A DNA stretch of 64,000 nucleotides. It comes from Nitrospirota bacterium. Lineage in GTDB: Bacteria > Nitrospirota > UBA9217. Positions 1 to 10,390 of this stretch are shown here, piece after piece. A program made the translations under genes and the position numbers. Below the pieces are notes generated by a model. That model was not told where the DNA came from. It saw nothing but the letters and a program-made list of their open reading frames with translations, and did no database searches. Each line of letters opens with the position of its first letter. Position 1 is the first letter of the stretch. The DNA is taken from contig CAVWHO010000016.1 in NCBI GenBank assembly GCA_963754875.1, positions 224,001-288,000 on the forward strand, written 5' to 3'.

Positions 1-31
1 TCGTTTTGAAGAACTGTTTCACTTTATTCAT
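1..31 (-). CDS. 5' end of the gene after nuoH, probably NuoI (cut by window edge)
   Basis: GAGG RBS then ATG (MNKVKQFFKT...) just downstream of nuoH; identity inferred from nuo gene order only. Confidence 0.5.
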   Translation of the reverse strand, partial: MNKVKQFFKT

Positions 32-91
32 CGTCGTAGACCTCTTACTCCTTACTCCGAACTCTTCACTCCTCAAGTCTCACTACTTCCC

Positions 92-1177
92 TCACAGCCA
101 TCCCATCTGCTTCATGCCTGCTGCGACGAGTAACGTAACGAGCGATAACGGCAGTAATATTTTCCAGGATATGGACATGAGCTGGTCATACCGGTACCGC
201 GGGAGCGTGGCGCGGAGCCACATATAGAAAAAGATAAAGAAGTACAGTTTGCCGAGCAGCCAGATCGTGGGTGGAATGGCTGCCAGGAGCTTGTTGATAA
301 ACGCGATGGGGGCGATATGGCCGAGCGTATGAGGCAATATCTGCACGGGAAGCCAGCCGCCCAGGAACATGATGGAGACGAGGAGGGACACGACGATCAT
401 GTTCATGTACTCGGCCATGTAGAAAATGCCGAAACGAATGCCGCTGTATTCGGTAAAGTACCCTGCTACGAGTTCACTTTCTGCTTCCGGCAGGTCGAAA
501 GGCACGCGGTTCGTCTCGGCAATGCCCGCCATGAGGTACAGGAAGAACGCCACCGGACCGACGGGCAGCGCCACGATGAACCACCGGTTCGCCTGGGCAT
601 TCACGATCTCGGACAGATTGAGCGACCCCGCCATGAGCACGACCGTGATAATGGCAAAGGCCATCGGGATCTCGTAACTGATCATTTGCGCAGCCGAGCG
701 GAAGCCTCCCATGAGGGAATATTTATTATTCGAGGACCAGCCAGCCATGATCACGCCGTAGGTGCCTATGCTCGAGAAGGCAAGAATATAGAGCACGCCG
801 ACATTCAGGTTCGACACCCACAGGGGAACCTTGTTGTGTAAGAGGCCGAAGAAGTCTGTGGGCGGACCAAAAGGAATCACCACCATCGCCCCGAATGCCA
901 TGACGAGCAGGATCAAGGGCGCTATGCTGAACACCCACTTGTCGGCACGTTCGGGGATGATGTCTTCTTTCATCATGAACTTGACCGCGTCCGCGATCGG
1001 CTGAAGTATTCCGTGCCAGCCGGTCCTCATCGGACCGAGCCGCCCCTGCATGTGGGCCAGCACTTTGCGCTCCATAAGCTGCAGGTACATGGCGTTTGCC
1101 AGGATGAACGCAAGGAGTACGGCAACGGGTATCCCCAGCGTGAATACGTAATGGAGTATTTGGTTCATATCGGGCAT
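92..1177 (-). CDS. nuoH: NADH-quinone oxidoreductase subunit H
   Basis: ERKVLAHMQGRLGP, LQPIADAVKFMMKE and AETNRVPFDLPEAESELVAGYFTEYSG motifs; multi-TM. Confidence 0.97.
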   Translation of the reverse strand: MPDMNQILHYVFTLGIPVAVLLAFILANAMYLQLMERKVLAHMQGRLGPMRTGWHGILQPIADAVKFMMKEDIIPERADKWVFSIAPLILLVMAFGAMVVIPFGPPTDFFGLLHNKVPLWVSNLNVGVLYILAFSSIGTYGVIMAGWSSNNKYSLMGGFRSAAQMISYEIPMAFAIITVVLMAGSLNLSEIVNAQANRWFIVALPVGPVAFFLYLMAGIAETNRVPFDLPEAESELVAGYFTEYSGIRFGIFYMAEYMNMIVVSLLVSIMFLGGWLPVQILPHTLGHIAPIAFINKLLAAIPPTIWLLGKLYFFIFFYMWLRATLPRYRYDQLMSISWKILLPLSLVTLLVAAGMKQMGWL

Positions 1178-1186
1178 GTTCTGCTC

Positions 1187-3311
1187 CTACACTTCTATCT
1201 TGTAGTGTCGAATGGTACCGATTTCTTGAGAACGGGTGATCGTCCCGCCTGACGAGAACAGCAGGCGCTCTCCGGTGATCACTTCCTGCTTCATGATCGA
1301 ATCCGATGAAAGCGAAAGTTCCTCCGGACGATCCTGCAAGCGGCGATTTTTCACTGGCCCAGCACGCTCCGACAGCAAGGTCTTTGTAAAAGGGCACAAC
1401 GGACCGTATCTCTGCCAGGATGTCCCGGACCGAGCCGTAGTTCATGGAACCGCCCATCTTCTTCGCAAGGTCCTGGATGATCTCCCAGTCGGGCCGTGAC
1501 TCTCCGATGGGCTCTTCGGCCTTGTTTAATTGCTGGAGCCGGCGCTCGAGGTTCGTGAAGGTCCCGCTCTTTTCCGCAGAACTTGCCGCAGGAAGCACGA
1601 CATGAGCGAGCTTTGCCGTCTCAGTCATAAAGATGTCCTGTACCACAAGGAATTCGAGCTTCTGGAGTATCGACGTGAGAGAAGGATCACTCCCTACAGG
1701 ATCGTCACCCATGATGTAAAGTGCAGCCAGCTTGCCCGACGCGATCGAGTTGATCATCTCGACGGCGTTCATGCCGGGCTGTTCGGCCTTACGATACCCC
1801 GGCAGGTAGCCTGAAATCACACCCATATCGAGGGAGCCCTGGAAGTTGCTTCTCCGGACGAGCGGATAGTACGTAACGGTTGGGAGTTTACTTGCAAGGT
1901 CTCTGATCAGGGAAACCTCGCTGTCCGTCAGCCGCGCAGGAACAATGATTGCGACCTTCTTCGCTGTTTTCAGCAACTCTGCCGCCTGTTTGGCCTCGCC
2001 GGTCCCTGTTGCGGAGGAAAGAGCTTTGACCAGGTCGGCTAGAGCACGATCGGTACTCGTCGGCAATACCACCGTCGCGATTCTGTTGAACTTGTTGAAC
2101 TCGTCGTTTACCAGGATCACCTTCCGGTCCTTTTTGTTGACGGCACGGACGATCTCGATGCCGGTAAGCGGGTTGATCTCGCCCACGTTTTTGTCGAGCA
2201 CGAGAATCACGTCATGCTCGGCCATCCGGTTCAATTCTCCGGAGAAGAACGACGTATTCAGGCCCTTGGGAGCCTTGAGCCGGGCGAGCGAATCGATATT
2301 GTTGGTTTCAACAACGGTGCGCAGGAATTTCTGGAACGCATAGCTGTCCTCGTTCGTGGTCCGGACCGATCCGAGCCCGCCGATCTTCCCTGCGCCGTTC
2401 TTACTCTTGATCACATTGAGGTTGGTCGCGATGACCGAGAGCGCCTCTTCCCAGGTACAGTCGACCAGTTCCCCTCCCACCCGCATCTTGGGATTCGTCA
2501 GGCGTTCGCTGCTGTGAACAGCGTCCCAACCGAACCGCCCTTTTGCGCAGAGGTAATTGTTCCGTGCAGGACCGACCCGCATGATCTTCCCTTCACGCGT
2601 TTCATAGCTGATCCCGCAACCGCAACCGCAATAGTTGCAGACCGAGGAAGTTGCTTCCAGGTTCCATGACCGGGCCTTGTATTTGAACTGACGCGTGGTG
2701 AGAGCGCCAACAGGGCAGATCTCGACGCACTCGCCGCAGAACTCGCAGTCGAGCGGCCGGTCGAAATCGGTGCTGATGCGCGCCCGTGTTCCCCGGCGCG
2801 TGAACGCCCACTCGCCCACCGCGTTCTGTTCGTCGCAGATCCTGACGCACTTGCCGCAGAGGATGCACCGGCTGATGTTGCGCTCGATGACCGCGCTCTC
2901 GTAATCCGGCGGAAGATATCCCTTTTCAGCGTCGAACCTGCTCGGACCAAGCCCGTACTCATGTACCAGGTCCTGGAGGTTGCACTCGCCCGCTTTGTCG
3001 CACACCGGGCAGTCGAGGGGATGTTTGATCAGGAGCAGTTCGAGGACCATCCTGCGTGCCTCGATGAGCGCCGGCGACGAGGTTCTGACGACCATGTTGT
3101 CCGTAGCCGGCGTGGTGCACGAAGGAGTGAACTTGCGCGGCGTTCCCTCAATCTCGACGAGGCAGATGCGGCATGCTCCGAAGGGATGGAGTTTGTTGTC
3201 GTGGCACAGGGTAGGTATCCGGGACCCCGCGGCAACCGCCGCCTCGTAGATCGTGGAACCCGCCGGGACCTCCACTTTTTTTCCATCAACTGTTACTGTC
3301 ATTTTTTGCAT
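1187..3311 (-). CDS. nuoG: NuoG-like Fe-S subunit with molybdopterin-oxidoreductase fold (one frameshift near 1320-1335)
   Basis: 2Fe-2S motif (CHDN...CRIC...SC), HPLDCPVCDKAGEC, two 4Fe-4S motifs, CNYCGCGC; plausible C-terminus (…LLFSSGGTITRSQEIGTIRHYKIEV) is in the 1187..1399 frame and stops just before nuoH. Confidence 0.85.
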
Positions 3312-3362
3312 ATAAGGTTACCTTCGCGTTTGTATCTTGAACATTGAATTTTTGAATGATAG

Positions 3363-5153
3363 TTAATCAATCGCCCAGAACCGGCAGTTCTTGATGCAGG
3401 TCTTGCACTTGGTGCATTTCTCCGGATCGATATAAGCGACCTGCCCTTTTTCCCATTTGATCGCATTGACCGGGCAGTTTTTGAAACAGAGGCCGCATTT
3501 TTTGCACTTCTCCTCGTTTACCTTGAATTCGATCAGGGGCGTACAGACCCGGGCGGGACACTTGTGATCCTTGATGTGCGCTTCATATTCGTCGCGGAAA
3601 TACTTGATCGTCGTGAGCACCGGGTTCGGAGACGTCTGGCCAAGACCGCACAGCGACGTGTCCTTGATCTGCTGAGAGAGTTCGAGCAGCAATTCGAGGT
3701 CGCCTTCGCGGCCCTCGCCATTCGTGATGCGGGTGAGGATCGAGAGCAGCGTCTTGTTTCCGATCCTGCAGGGCACGCACTTGCCGCAGGACTCGTCTTC
3801 TGTAAACTCAAGGAAGAACTTGGCCATGGCCGGCATGCAGGTCAACTCGTCCATCACCACCATACCGCCGGACCCCATGATCGCGCCGGTCTTGTTGATG
3901 TTCTCGAAATCCACGGGCGTATCGATGAGCGAAGAGGGAATACAGCCGCCTGACGGTCCGCCCATCTGCACGGCCTTGAACTTCCGGTTTCCTTTGATGC
4001 CGCCGCCGATGTCGAAGATCACGGTCTTGAGCGGGATGCCCATGGGCACTTCGACAAGCCCGATATTGTTCAGCGCTCCCGAAAGTGCGAACACTTTCGT
4101 GCCTTTGCTCTTCTCGGTCCCGATGCTCGAAAACCAGTCCGCCCCGTTCAGAATAATGGGCGGCACGTTGGCAAAAGTTTCGACGTTGTTCAGGACCGAC
4201 GGCCGCTGCCAGAGTCCCTTGACTGCCGGGAACGGCGGTTTGGCCCTCGGCATGCCGCGCCTACCTTCGATGGACGCCATGAGGGCCGTCTCTTCACCGC
4301 AGACAAACGCCCCGGCTCCCTGATAAATCTCGATATCCAGATCGAATCCGGTGCCGAGAATGTCCTTGCCGAGAAGACCCCGGTCTTTGGCCTGCTCAAT
4401 GGCGAGCTGTAGCCGGTGCACGGCAAGGGGATATTCGGCCCGGACATAGATATACCCAAGATGGGCATTAATAGCTTTTGCGGCAACGATCATGCCTTCG
4501 AGCACGGAATGGGGGTCCGCCTCCATGACGCTGCGGTCCATGAACGCGCCGGGGTCGCCCTCGTCTCCGTTGCAGAGGATGTATTTGATGTCGCCCTGGA
4601 CCCGCGCACAGAGCTCCCACTTGAGTCCGGTCAGGAAGCCTGCTCCTCCCCGGCCGCGGAGACCGGACTTTTTCACCTCGATCACGATTTGTTCGGGAGT
4701 CATCTCAGTGAGCGCTTTGGCCGCCGCCATGTAACCGTCACGGGCAATGTACTCCTCGATCTTCTCGGCATCAATGAGGCTCCGGTTCCGGAGCGCGCGC
4801 AGCACCTGGTGTTTGAAGAAGGGGATCTCGTTCATCACCGGGATCGTCTTCTTGTCAGTCGGCGGCGTGTAGAGGAACTTCTCGACCGGCCGTCCCTTGA
4901 TGAAGTGCTCCTCAACCAGGTGCGGAACATCCTCGGGCTTCACCAGCTGGTAGAAAATGTCTTCGGGGTAGACGACCATGACCGGCCCCTTGGCGCAGAA
5001 CCCATTGCAGCCGGTCAGTACGATCTTGACCTCGTTCTGAAGGTTTCGCTTGATAAACTCGGTTTCGAGTGCATCTCTGACCTTCAGCGATCCGTTTGCC
5101 ACGCAGCCCGTGCCTGCGCAAATCATTATGTTTGAGCGGTATGTCGTTTCCAC
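3363..5153 (-). CDS. nuoF: NuoF/HydB(HndC)-type FMN/NADH-binding subunit with N-terminal 2Fe-2S and C-terminal 2x[4Fe-4S] domains
   Basis: SGLRGRGGAGF, CNGDEGDPGAFMDR, GAGAFVCGEETAL, ESCGKCVPC; extra CAGTGC/CNGFC N-domain and CKKCGLCFKNCP/CTKCKTCIKNC C-domain. Confidence 0.92.
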   Translation of the reverse strand: METTYRSNIMICAGTGCVANGSLKVRDALETEFIKRNLQNEVKIVLTGCNGFCAKGPVMVVYPEDIFYQLVKPEDVPHLVEEHFIKGRPVEKFLYTPPTDKKTIPVMNEIPFFKHQVLRALRNRSLIDAEKIEEYIARDGYMAAAKALTEMTPEQIVIEVKKSGLRGRGGAGFLTGLKWELCARVQGDIKYILCNGDEGDPGAFMDRSVMEADPHSVLEGMIVAAKAINAHLGYIYVRAEYPLAVHRLQLAIEQAKDRGLLGKDILGTGFDLDIEIYQGAGAFVCGEETALMASIEGRRGMPRAKPPFPAVKGLWQRPSVLNNVETFANVPPIILNGADWFSSIGTEKSKGTKVFALSGALNNIGLVEVPMGIPLKTVIFDIGGGIKGNRKFKAVQMGGPSGGCIPSSLIDTPVDFENINKTGAIMGSGGMVVMDELTCMPAMAKFFLEFTEDESCGKCVPCRIGNKTLLSILTRITNGEGREGDLELLLELSQQIKDTSLCGLGQTSPNPVLTTIKYFRDEYEAHIKDHKCPARVCTPLIEFKVNEEKCKKCGLCFKNCPVNAIKWEKGQVAYIDPEKCTKCKTCIKNCRFWAID

Positions 5154-5207
5154 GTTACCCTACCCCATTAAACAGTTTAAGCGGTTTACACAGTTCAAAC
5201 CGTTATT

Positions 5208-5585
5208 TTAATACGTCGTCTCATGCCCGACGACCAGTGCAAATTCCGGAACCGGCTTGCCTCCCACCACATGTTCGGCGAATATCTTCCGCATCTTCTC
5301 ATCCGTCAGCGAGATATACTTCACCGGCGGCTCGCCGGTAAGTTCTATCGTTGCCATCGGCTCCTTGCTGCAAAGCCCCGCACAGCCCGAGGTGGTGATC
5401 GCAACGTCTTTGAGATTGGACTTCGTGAGTTCTTCCATGACAGCGTTCATGATGCCGCGGGCACCTGCTGCGATGCCGCAGGTTCCCATATGCACCGTGA
5501 TCTTGACCCGGAACCCACCCTCGCGCAGTCCCTGATGGTACTCTTGCTTGATCTTTTTTAAATCCGCTATCGTCAACTTTGCCAT
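5208..5585 (-). CDS. Thioredoxin-like (2Fe-2S) ferredoxin subunit, HndB/HydD type
   Basis: VHMGTCGIAAGAR and TSGCAGLCSKEPM motifs; lies between nuoE-like and nuoF-like genes. Confidence 0.88.
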   Translation of the reverse strand: MAKLTIADLKKIKQEYHQGLREGGFRVKITVHMGTCGIAAGARGIMNAVMEELTKSNLKDVAITTSGCAGLCSKEPMATIELTGEPPVKYISLTDEKMRKIFAEHVVGGKPVPEFALVVGHETTY

Positions 5586-5686
5586 ATGCCCCCCTATGGG
5601 GAAATCCTCAATTCAAATATCGAAATCCTGAACGTTGCCTTTAACGATATTATTTTGAATTTCGGATTTCGTGCATCGAATTATCC

Positions 5687-6196
5687 TTAATCATATTTTT
5701 TCACGATGTCCATCACCTTGGTGGCCGCCACGTCCCCGTACGTGTCCTGTCCAATCACGACGACCGGCGCGAGTCCGCAGGCGCCAAGGCAACGCACGGC
5801 TTCGATAGAGTACTTTTTGTCTCGAGTGATCTCTCCAACCTCGACGTCCAACTCGTCCTTGAGCTTGATGAGGATTTCTTCGCTCCGCTTTACATAGCAG
5901 GCCGTGCCGAGGCAGACGCGGATGACGTGCTTGCCGCGCGGGACGAGGGTGAAGAAAGAATAGAACGTGGCCACGCCGAACACGACGCTCGGTGACATCT
6001 TCATCCCTTTCGCGATATACCGCTGCACGGCATGAGGCAGATAGCCGCACACGTCCTGCGACTGTTGGAGCACCGGGATGAGCGAACCGGGCTTGTTCTT
6101 GTACCGCTCGATGATCGCATCGATCTTCCGGTACATCTCGGGCACTATGACTTCATTGTCTGTTGCAGTCTGTTGGGCTACCGCTTCGTTACTCAT
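5687..6196 (-). CDS. nuoE: NuoE/HydC(HndA)-type 2Fe-2S subunit
   Basis: VFGVATFYSFF, VCLGTACYVK, RCLGACGLAPV. Confidence 0.93.
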   Translation of the reverse strand: MSNEAVAQQTATDNEVIVPEMYRKIDAIIERYKNKPGSLIPVLQQSQDVCGYLPHAVQRYIAKGMKMSPSVVFGVATFYSFFTLVPRGKHVIRVCLGTACYVKRSEEILIKLKDELDVEVGEITRDKKYSIEAVRCLGACGLAPVVVIGQDTYGDVAATKVMDIVKKYD

Positions 6197-6224
6197 GTTC
6201 TACCTCGTTTACTCAAGTGTATTG

Positions 6225-6761
6225 TTACTGTTTGAGTTTTATTTCGTCCTGCAACATGCCCCTGATCGCAGCAAGCGCTGCAGGCCCGCTGATCGGGACA
6301 CCTTCGAGCTCGGCCTTGAGCTCCCTGGTATCAAACCGGAAGGTGTGTTCTCCGTCCCGTTCTTCATATATATAGTCCCGGTCACCATGGCCGGCGATCA
6401 GCGTAATCAGCGTTTCGGCCATATTCCCTATCGCCGGACGGTCCATATGACTCAAGCCGAACGTGACCAGCACCCTCGTTCCCGCGCCCGGCGCCGATTC
6501 AATGACCAGCGTTCCGCCGGTCTGCTCGGCTGCCTGGGTCAACAGGGGGATTCCCAGGCCTGTCTTCTTGTGTTTCGTCGTAAAGAACGGGTCCCGCACC
6601 CTGGCAAGCGTCTCTGCATCCATACCCTTGCCGTCATCAAGCACTTCGACTCGAAGAAGGTCGTTCTTCTCATCCCGTTGGATAATTATGGTGATACATT
6701 TCGCGTCGGCCCGAATCGAGTTCTCGGCGATATCGAGGATATGGAGAGAAATATCTTCCAT
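6225..6761 (-). CDS. Stand-alone HATPase_c (histidine-kinase-like ATPase) protein
   Basis: LHILDIAENS (N box), DDGKGM (G1), DPFFTTK (F), GLGIP (G2); no HisKA domain. Confidence 0.88.
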   Translation of the reverse strand: MEDISLHILDIAENSIRADAKCITIIIQRDEKNDLLRVEVLDDGKGMDAETLARVRDPFFTTKHKKTGLGIPLLTQAAEQTGGTLVIESAPGAGTRVLVTFGLSHMDRPAIGNMAETLITLIAGHGDRDYIYEERDGEHTFRFDTRELKAELEGVPISGPAALAAIRGMLQDEIKLKQ

Positions 6762-6765
6762 GTCC

Positions 6766-7512
6766 TCAACACTCCGCCTTCCTGCCGTCCCTGCCGATCA
6801 GGGCTTTTTTGATCTCAGCCACGGTTCCGTCTTCGATCGTAAAGCAGGTATAACGTTTCCCGATATCCCCGGGGTTGTGGGCATCCGAGCTGGTTATGAT
6901 CGGATACTTCCTGCAGTCCGGGAACCGCTCCTTTGCAGCAGATGCAGTCATTTGCGCCGATACTTCCACTGCGTCCAGGACCAGTGTGGAAGGGATGAAC
7001 CCGAGCTGCCCGATAAGGCTGAAGGATTCACGATCCACATGCGCGGCCACCACGAGACTTTCGTTTTTCGCCCGCCGAGCCGCTGCTACGATCGCTTCCG
7101 CCGGAAGCGACGTCGCCGCAATCAAAAACCGGTCGCAGAAACCGGTCACACCGTCTTCGTCGTCTGCGATCACCTGCATGCCGAAGGCATGTTCGTCATT
7201 CGTGCCTGCCAGGTGCCGGTAAATAAACTCCTGAAAGTCCAGGAGGTCATCGTCGTCATCAAAGAAAACCAGGAGGTGCGCTTCTTCGGAGGAGGTGACT
7301 TCCATCCCGCCGAGTACCATCAGGCCGTTTCGGCTGCCCGCCTTCTTCACGGCAAGCGCGTTTTCCGCCGAATTATGATCGCACACGCCGATCAGATCGA
7401 GGCCCTTCGAAAGGGCCGCATTCACGACCTCGCGCGGCGACATATCCAGGCTGGAGCAGGGCGACAAACACGTATGCACGTGCAGATCGGCTTTAATGCG
7501 CCTCAGCGCCAC
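6766..7512 (-). CDS. PHP-domain metallophosphoesterase
   Basis: DLHVHT, CDHNS, AAHVDR, SSDAH motifs. Confidence 0.9.
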   Translation of the reverse strand: MALRRIKADLHVHTCLSPCSSLDMSPREVVNAALSKGLDLIGVCDHNSAENALAVKKAGSRNGLMVLGGMEVTSSEEAHLLVFFDDDDDLLDFQEFIYRHLAGTNDEHAFGMQVIADDEDGVTGFCDRFLIAATSLPAEAIVAAARRAKNESLVVAAHVDRESFSLIGQLGFIPSTLVLDAVEVSAQMTASAAKERFPDCRKYPIITSSDAHNPGDIGKRYTCFTIEDGTVAEIKKALIGRDGRKAEC

Positions 7513-7843
7513 GGATCCCCGCCTTGTACAATCTACCGACCAGTTCGAAAGCCGAAAGGTCGCTTACGAGAATCGGTATGTTCTCTTCCTCAGCCTTGGC
7601 TATGGTATCTTGTTCCGGCTGTCTGCCCTGGACCAGAACGATCCCCGAGAGCCCCTTGTGCGATGCCACTGCTACGATGTTCTGGTGGATATGGAGAGTG
7701 ACCCAGAGGACTCCTTCGTCTGCATGCGCAAGGACGTCCGACAACAGATCGCTCACGTAACCGCCGGTCACTTCGCCGTCGAGATGACCGGAACCGGTTT
7801 TTACTTCAAGATTAAATTCTTTTACAAGGTCCTTCAGGTTCAT
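7493..7843 (-). CDS. DRTGG-domain protein
   Basis: GGYVSDLLSDVL...WVTLHIHQNIVAVA...IPIL pattern. Confidence 0.85.
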   Translation of the reverse strand: MNLKDLVKEFNLEVKTGSGHLDGEVTGGYVSDLLSDVLAHADEGVLWVTLHIHQNIVAVASHKGLSGIVLVQGRQPEQDTIAKAEEENIPILVSDLSAFELVGRLYKAGIRGAEAH

Positions 7844-7857
7844 GGGTGGGCCCCCCG

Positions 7858-8811
7858 TCAGCTCGTGTAAAAGAATTGCATCGTCAGGTGCGTTCCTTCA
7901 GGCACCGACGATTTGAGAGCCATTTCATCGGCGCACTTCTTCATATTTACGAGCCCCATGCCCGCTCCGAACCCCAGTTCCCGGACCCAATCGGGCGCCG
8001 TGGAGTACCCCGGCTGCATGGCTTTATCAACGTCGGGGATGCCGGGGCCGTTATCGATCGCTTCCACCGTGATCCCCCACTTCTCTATCTGGGCCCGGAT
8101 TTCTCCGCCTTTAGTGTACGAGGCGAGATTGATTTCTGCTTCATAGGTCGCCACTCCGATCCTTCTGAGGAGCGGTGGACAAACACCTAATTTTTTGAGC
8201 GCGTTCTTCAACTCGCTCGCGGCCTTTCCAGCGTCCTTTAAGGTCTGACCGGGAACCTGGAATTTGAATGCAAAGCTGATCTCGTCTGCAGATACATCCT
8301 GAAAAAACTTCTGCATCGTCGGCCGATGACGCACCACCGCTGCTTTTGTCTCGGATTGCTCGTATTCCACTTCAAGTTTCCTGAGCAAACCCTCGACGAT
8401 ACTTCCCTTGGTAATGATACCGACCAGTTCATCATCACGGCTCAGCACCGGATATCGGCGGTACCCAAATTTTGAGAACTTTGCGATGCAATGGACGAGA
8501 AGTTCGTCAATGTACAGGCATTGCACTTTCTGCGTCATTCGCTCCCGGACCGGGGCATTGATGGCATTATCAGTGAAAGCATTGATCAGGTCTTCTATGC
8601 TGATCATGCCGACGAGCCTGCCGTTCTCGACCACGGGCGTACCGGAAATGCGGTTGTCCCGCAAAACGAGCCTGAACTCCGACATGGTCTGGTCCGGACC
8701 TACCGTGACCATCTTGGTGGCCATGACCTCGCCGACGGTGAGCTCATAGACCATCTCCTGGGTCTTCGTCACGCGGTCTGTCGTGTCTTGCTCTTTACCC
8801 GGTAGCGCCAT
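7858..8811 (-). CDS. CBS-pair fused to RsbT/RsbW-like anti-sigma Ser/Thr kinase domain
   Basis: Two CBS repeats (ISGTPVVENGRLVGMISIED; YPVLSRDDELVGIITKG), then YEAEIN, DNGPGIPD, ELGFGAGMGLVN. Confidence 0.88.
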   Translation of the reverse strand: MALPGKEQDTTDRVTKTQEMVYELTVGEVMATKMVTVGPDQTMSEFRLVLRDNRISGTPVVENGRLVGMISIEDLINAFTDNAINAPVRERMTQKVQCLYIDELLVHCIAKFSKFGYRRYPVLSRDDELVGIITKGSIVEGLLRKLEVEYEQSETKAAVVRHRPTMQKFFQDVSADEISFAFKFQVPGQTLKDAGKAASELKNALKKLGVCPPLLRRIGVATYEAEINLASYTKGGEIRAQIEKWGITVEAIDNGPGIPDVDKAMQPGYSTAPDWVRELGFGAGMGLVNMKKCADEMALKSSVPEGTHLTMQFFYTS

Positions 8812-8815
8812 TGTC

Positions 8816-9172
8816 CTATTGCCGCTCGGCTACCCCCCTGAGACCGCTTGTATACAGTATGCCGCATGCTTCAAACATCGTCAGATTCGTAACGAAGAGG
8901 GGGATGTCTTTTTGTTGTGCCAGTGCAACAGCGGCCGTATCAGGCTTTTTCCCGCGGACCACGCAAACTGCCCTGATTTCGGCGATATCGGCTGTTCGCA
9001 CTGCCTGGGGGTTCGTGATTCCCGTGATTAAGATGCCGTTTGCATAAGAACGTCCCAGAACATCGCTCATCAGGTCGGCGCTGAAGCACCGGTCGACTTC
9101 AATCTCATCGAGGAGCCCATCACCGACAAGAACCTCGGCCTGAAGCAGCTTGATGATGTCTCTCAGTTTCAT
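8816..9172 (-). CDS. DRTGG-domain protein
   Basis: SADLMSDVL, ILITGITNPQAVRTADIAE, VVRGKKP. Confidence 0.85.
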   Translation of the reverse strand: MKLRDIIKLLQAEVLVGDGLLDEIEVDRCFSADLMSDVLGRSYANGILITGITNPQAVRTADIAEIRAVCVVRGKKPDTAAVALAQQKDIPLFVTNLTMFEACGILYTSGLRGVAERQ

Positions 9173-9190
9173 CGCGCGATCCCCAAACCG

Positions 9191-10390
9191 CTACCTATCG
9201 CACTCGCCGAGCACGATGTCGATCGTTCCGATGCAGGATATAACGTCCGCCACCATATGTCCGGTCACCATCTTCGGGAGGGCGCTTATGTGAACATACG
9301 ATGGGGCGCGGATCTTGATCCGGTACGGCCGGCCGCTTCCGTCGCTTACAATATAGAAGCCAAGTTCGCCTTTCGGCGCCTCAGTGGCAACATACACCTC
9401 GCCTTTGGGCATGGGCACCCACTTGCTCATCAGCACGAACTGGTGTGCAAGCGTCGCCATGTTCTGCATCACCTGGGTTTTTTCGGGTACGGCGTAGCGC
9501 AGGTCGCTGGTGGTGATCGGACCGGGCTGCATCATGTCCAGGCACTGTTTGATGATCCGGTTGCTCTGGCGCATCTCGTTGATACGCACGATATACCGGT
9601 CGTAGACGTCGCCGTTCTTGCCGAGCGGAACGTCGAACTCAACCTTATCATATGCGGCATAGGGCTCGACCTTGCGCAGATCATAGTTCACACCCGAGCC
9701 GCGGAGAGTACCGCCGGTCAGACCGTAGTTTACCGCTTCCTCTGCCGAGAACACGCCGATGCCGACGGTGCGCTGGAGCCAGATACGGTTCTGACGAATC
9801 ATCGTGTCGTATTCTTCAAGCCGCTTGGGGAAGAGCTCAGTGAACTCGCGGCATTTATCTATGAAATCGCGCGGCACATCGTTGCGCAGACCGCCGATGC
9901 GGACATAGCTCACCGTCTGGCGAGCGCCCGTCACCATCTCTGCAAGGTCAAGGACCAGTTCCCGTTCCCGCAGGGTGTACATGCAAACCGTCATGGCGCC
10001 GATATCAAGGGCATGGGTGCCAAGCCAGACCAGGTGCCCGGAAATCCGCGTAAGCTCGGCCATCAGCGTCCTGATATACTGCGCCCGCTCCGGGACCGTG
10101 ATATCCGCGAGTTTTTCCACAGCTATCACGTATCCGAGATTGTTGTTCATGCACGTGATGTATTCGAGCCGGTCCGTAACGGGGATGTTCTGATGGTAGG
10201 TCTTGCTTTCCATCAGCTTCTCGATCCCGCGGTGCAGATAGCCGGGACGCGGGTCGCACCCTACGACGGTCTCGCCCTGCAGGTCGAGCACCAGGCGCAG
10301 CACACCATGCGTGGCCGGATGCTGCGGCCCCATATTCAGGGTTATTTCTTTTTGAACGATCTCTTTCTTTGCTGTTTCAGTCGAGGACAT
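9191..10390 (-). CDS. nuoD: NADH-quinone oxidoreductase subunit D
   Basis: NMGPQHPATHGVLRL, GYLHRGIEK, EAPKGELG, DIVLGECDR; no NiFe CxxC pairs. Confidence 0.97.
   Translation of the reverse strand: MSSTETAKKEIVQKEITLNMGPQHPATHGVLRLVLDLQGETVVGCDPRPGYLHRGIEKLMESKTYHQNIPVTDRLEYITCMNNNLGYVIAVEKLADITVPERAQYIRTLMAELTRISGHLVWLGTHALDIGAMTVCMYTLRERELVLDLAEMVTGARQTVSYVRIGGLRNDVPRDFIDKCREFTELFPKRLEEYDTMIRQNRIWLQRTVGIGVFSAEEAVNYGLTGGTLRGSGVNYDLRKVEPYAAYDKVEFDVPLGKNGDVYDRYIVRINEMRQSNRIIKQCLDMMQPGPITTSDLRYAVPEKTQVMQNMATLAHQFVLMSKWVPMPKGEVYVATEAPKGELGFYIVSDGSGRPYRIKIRAPSYVHISALPKMVTGHMVADVISCIGTIDIVLGECDR

Noticed and set aside
726..1330. C-terminal ~200 aa of the 861-aa ORF overlapping nuoH
   Set aside because: Out-of-frame run-on caused by a frameshift; the plausible NuoG end is at 1187.
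1187..6196. [FeFe]-hydrogenase or formate dehydrogenase call for the HydABC-like genes
   Set aside because: No H-cluster motifs and no Cys/Sec Mo ligand; NuoD lacks NiFe-binding CxxC pairs.
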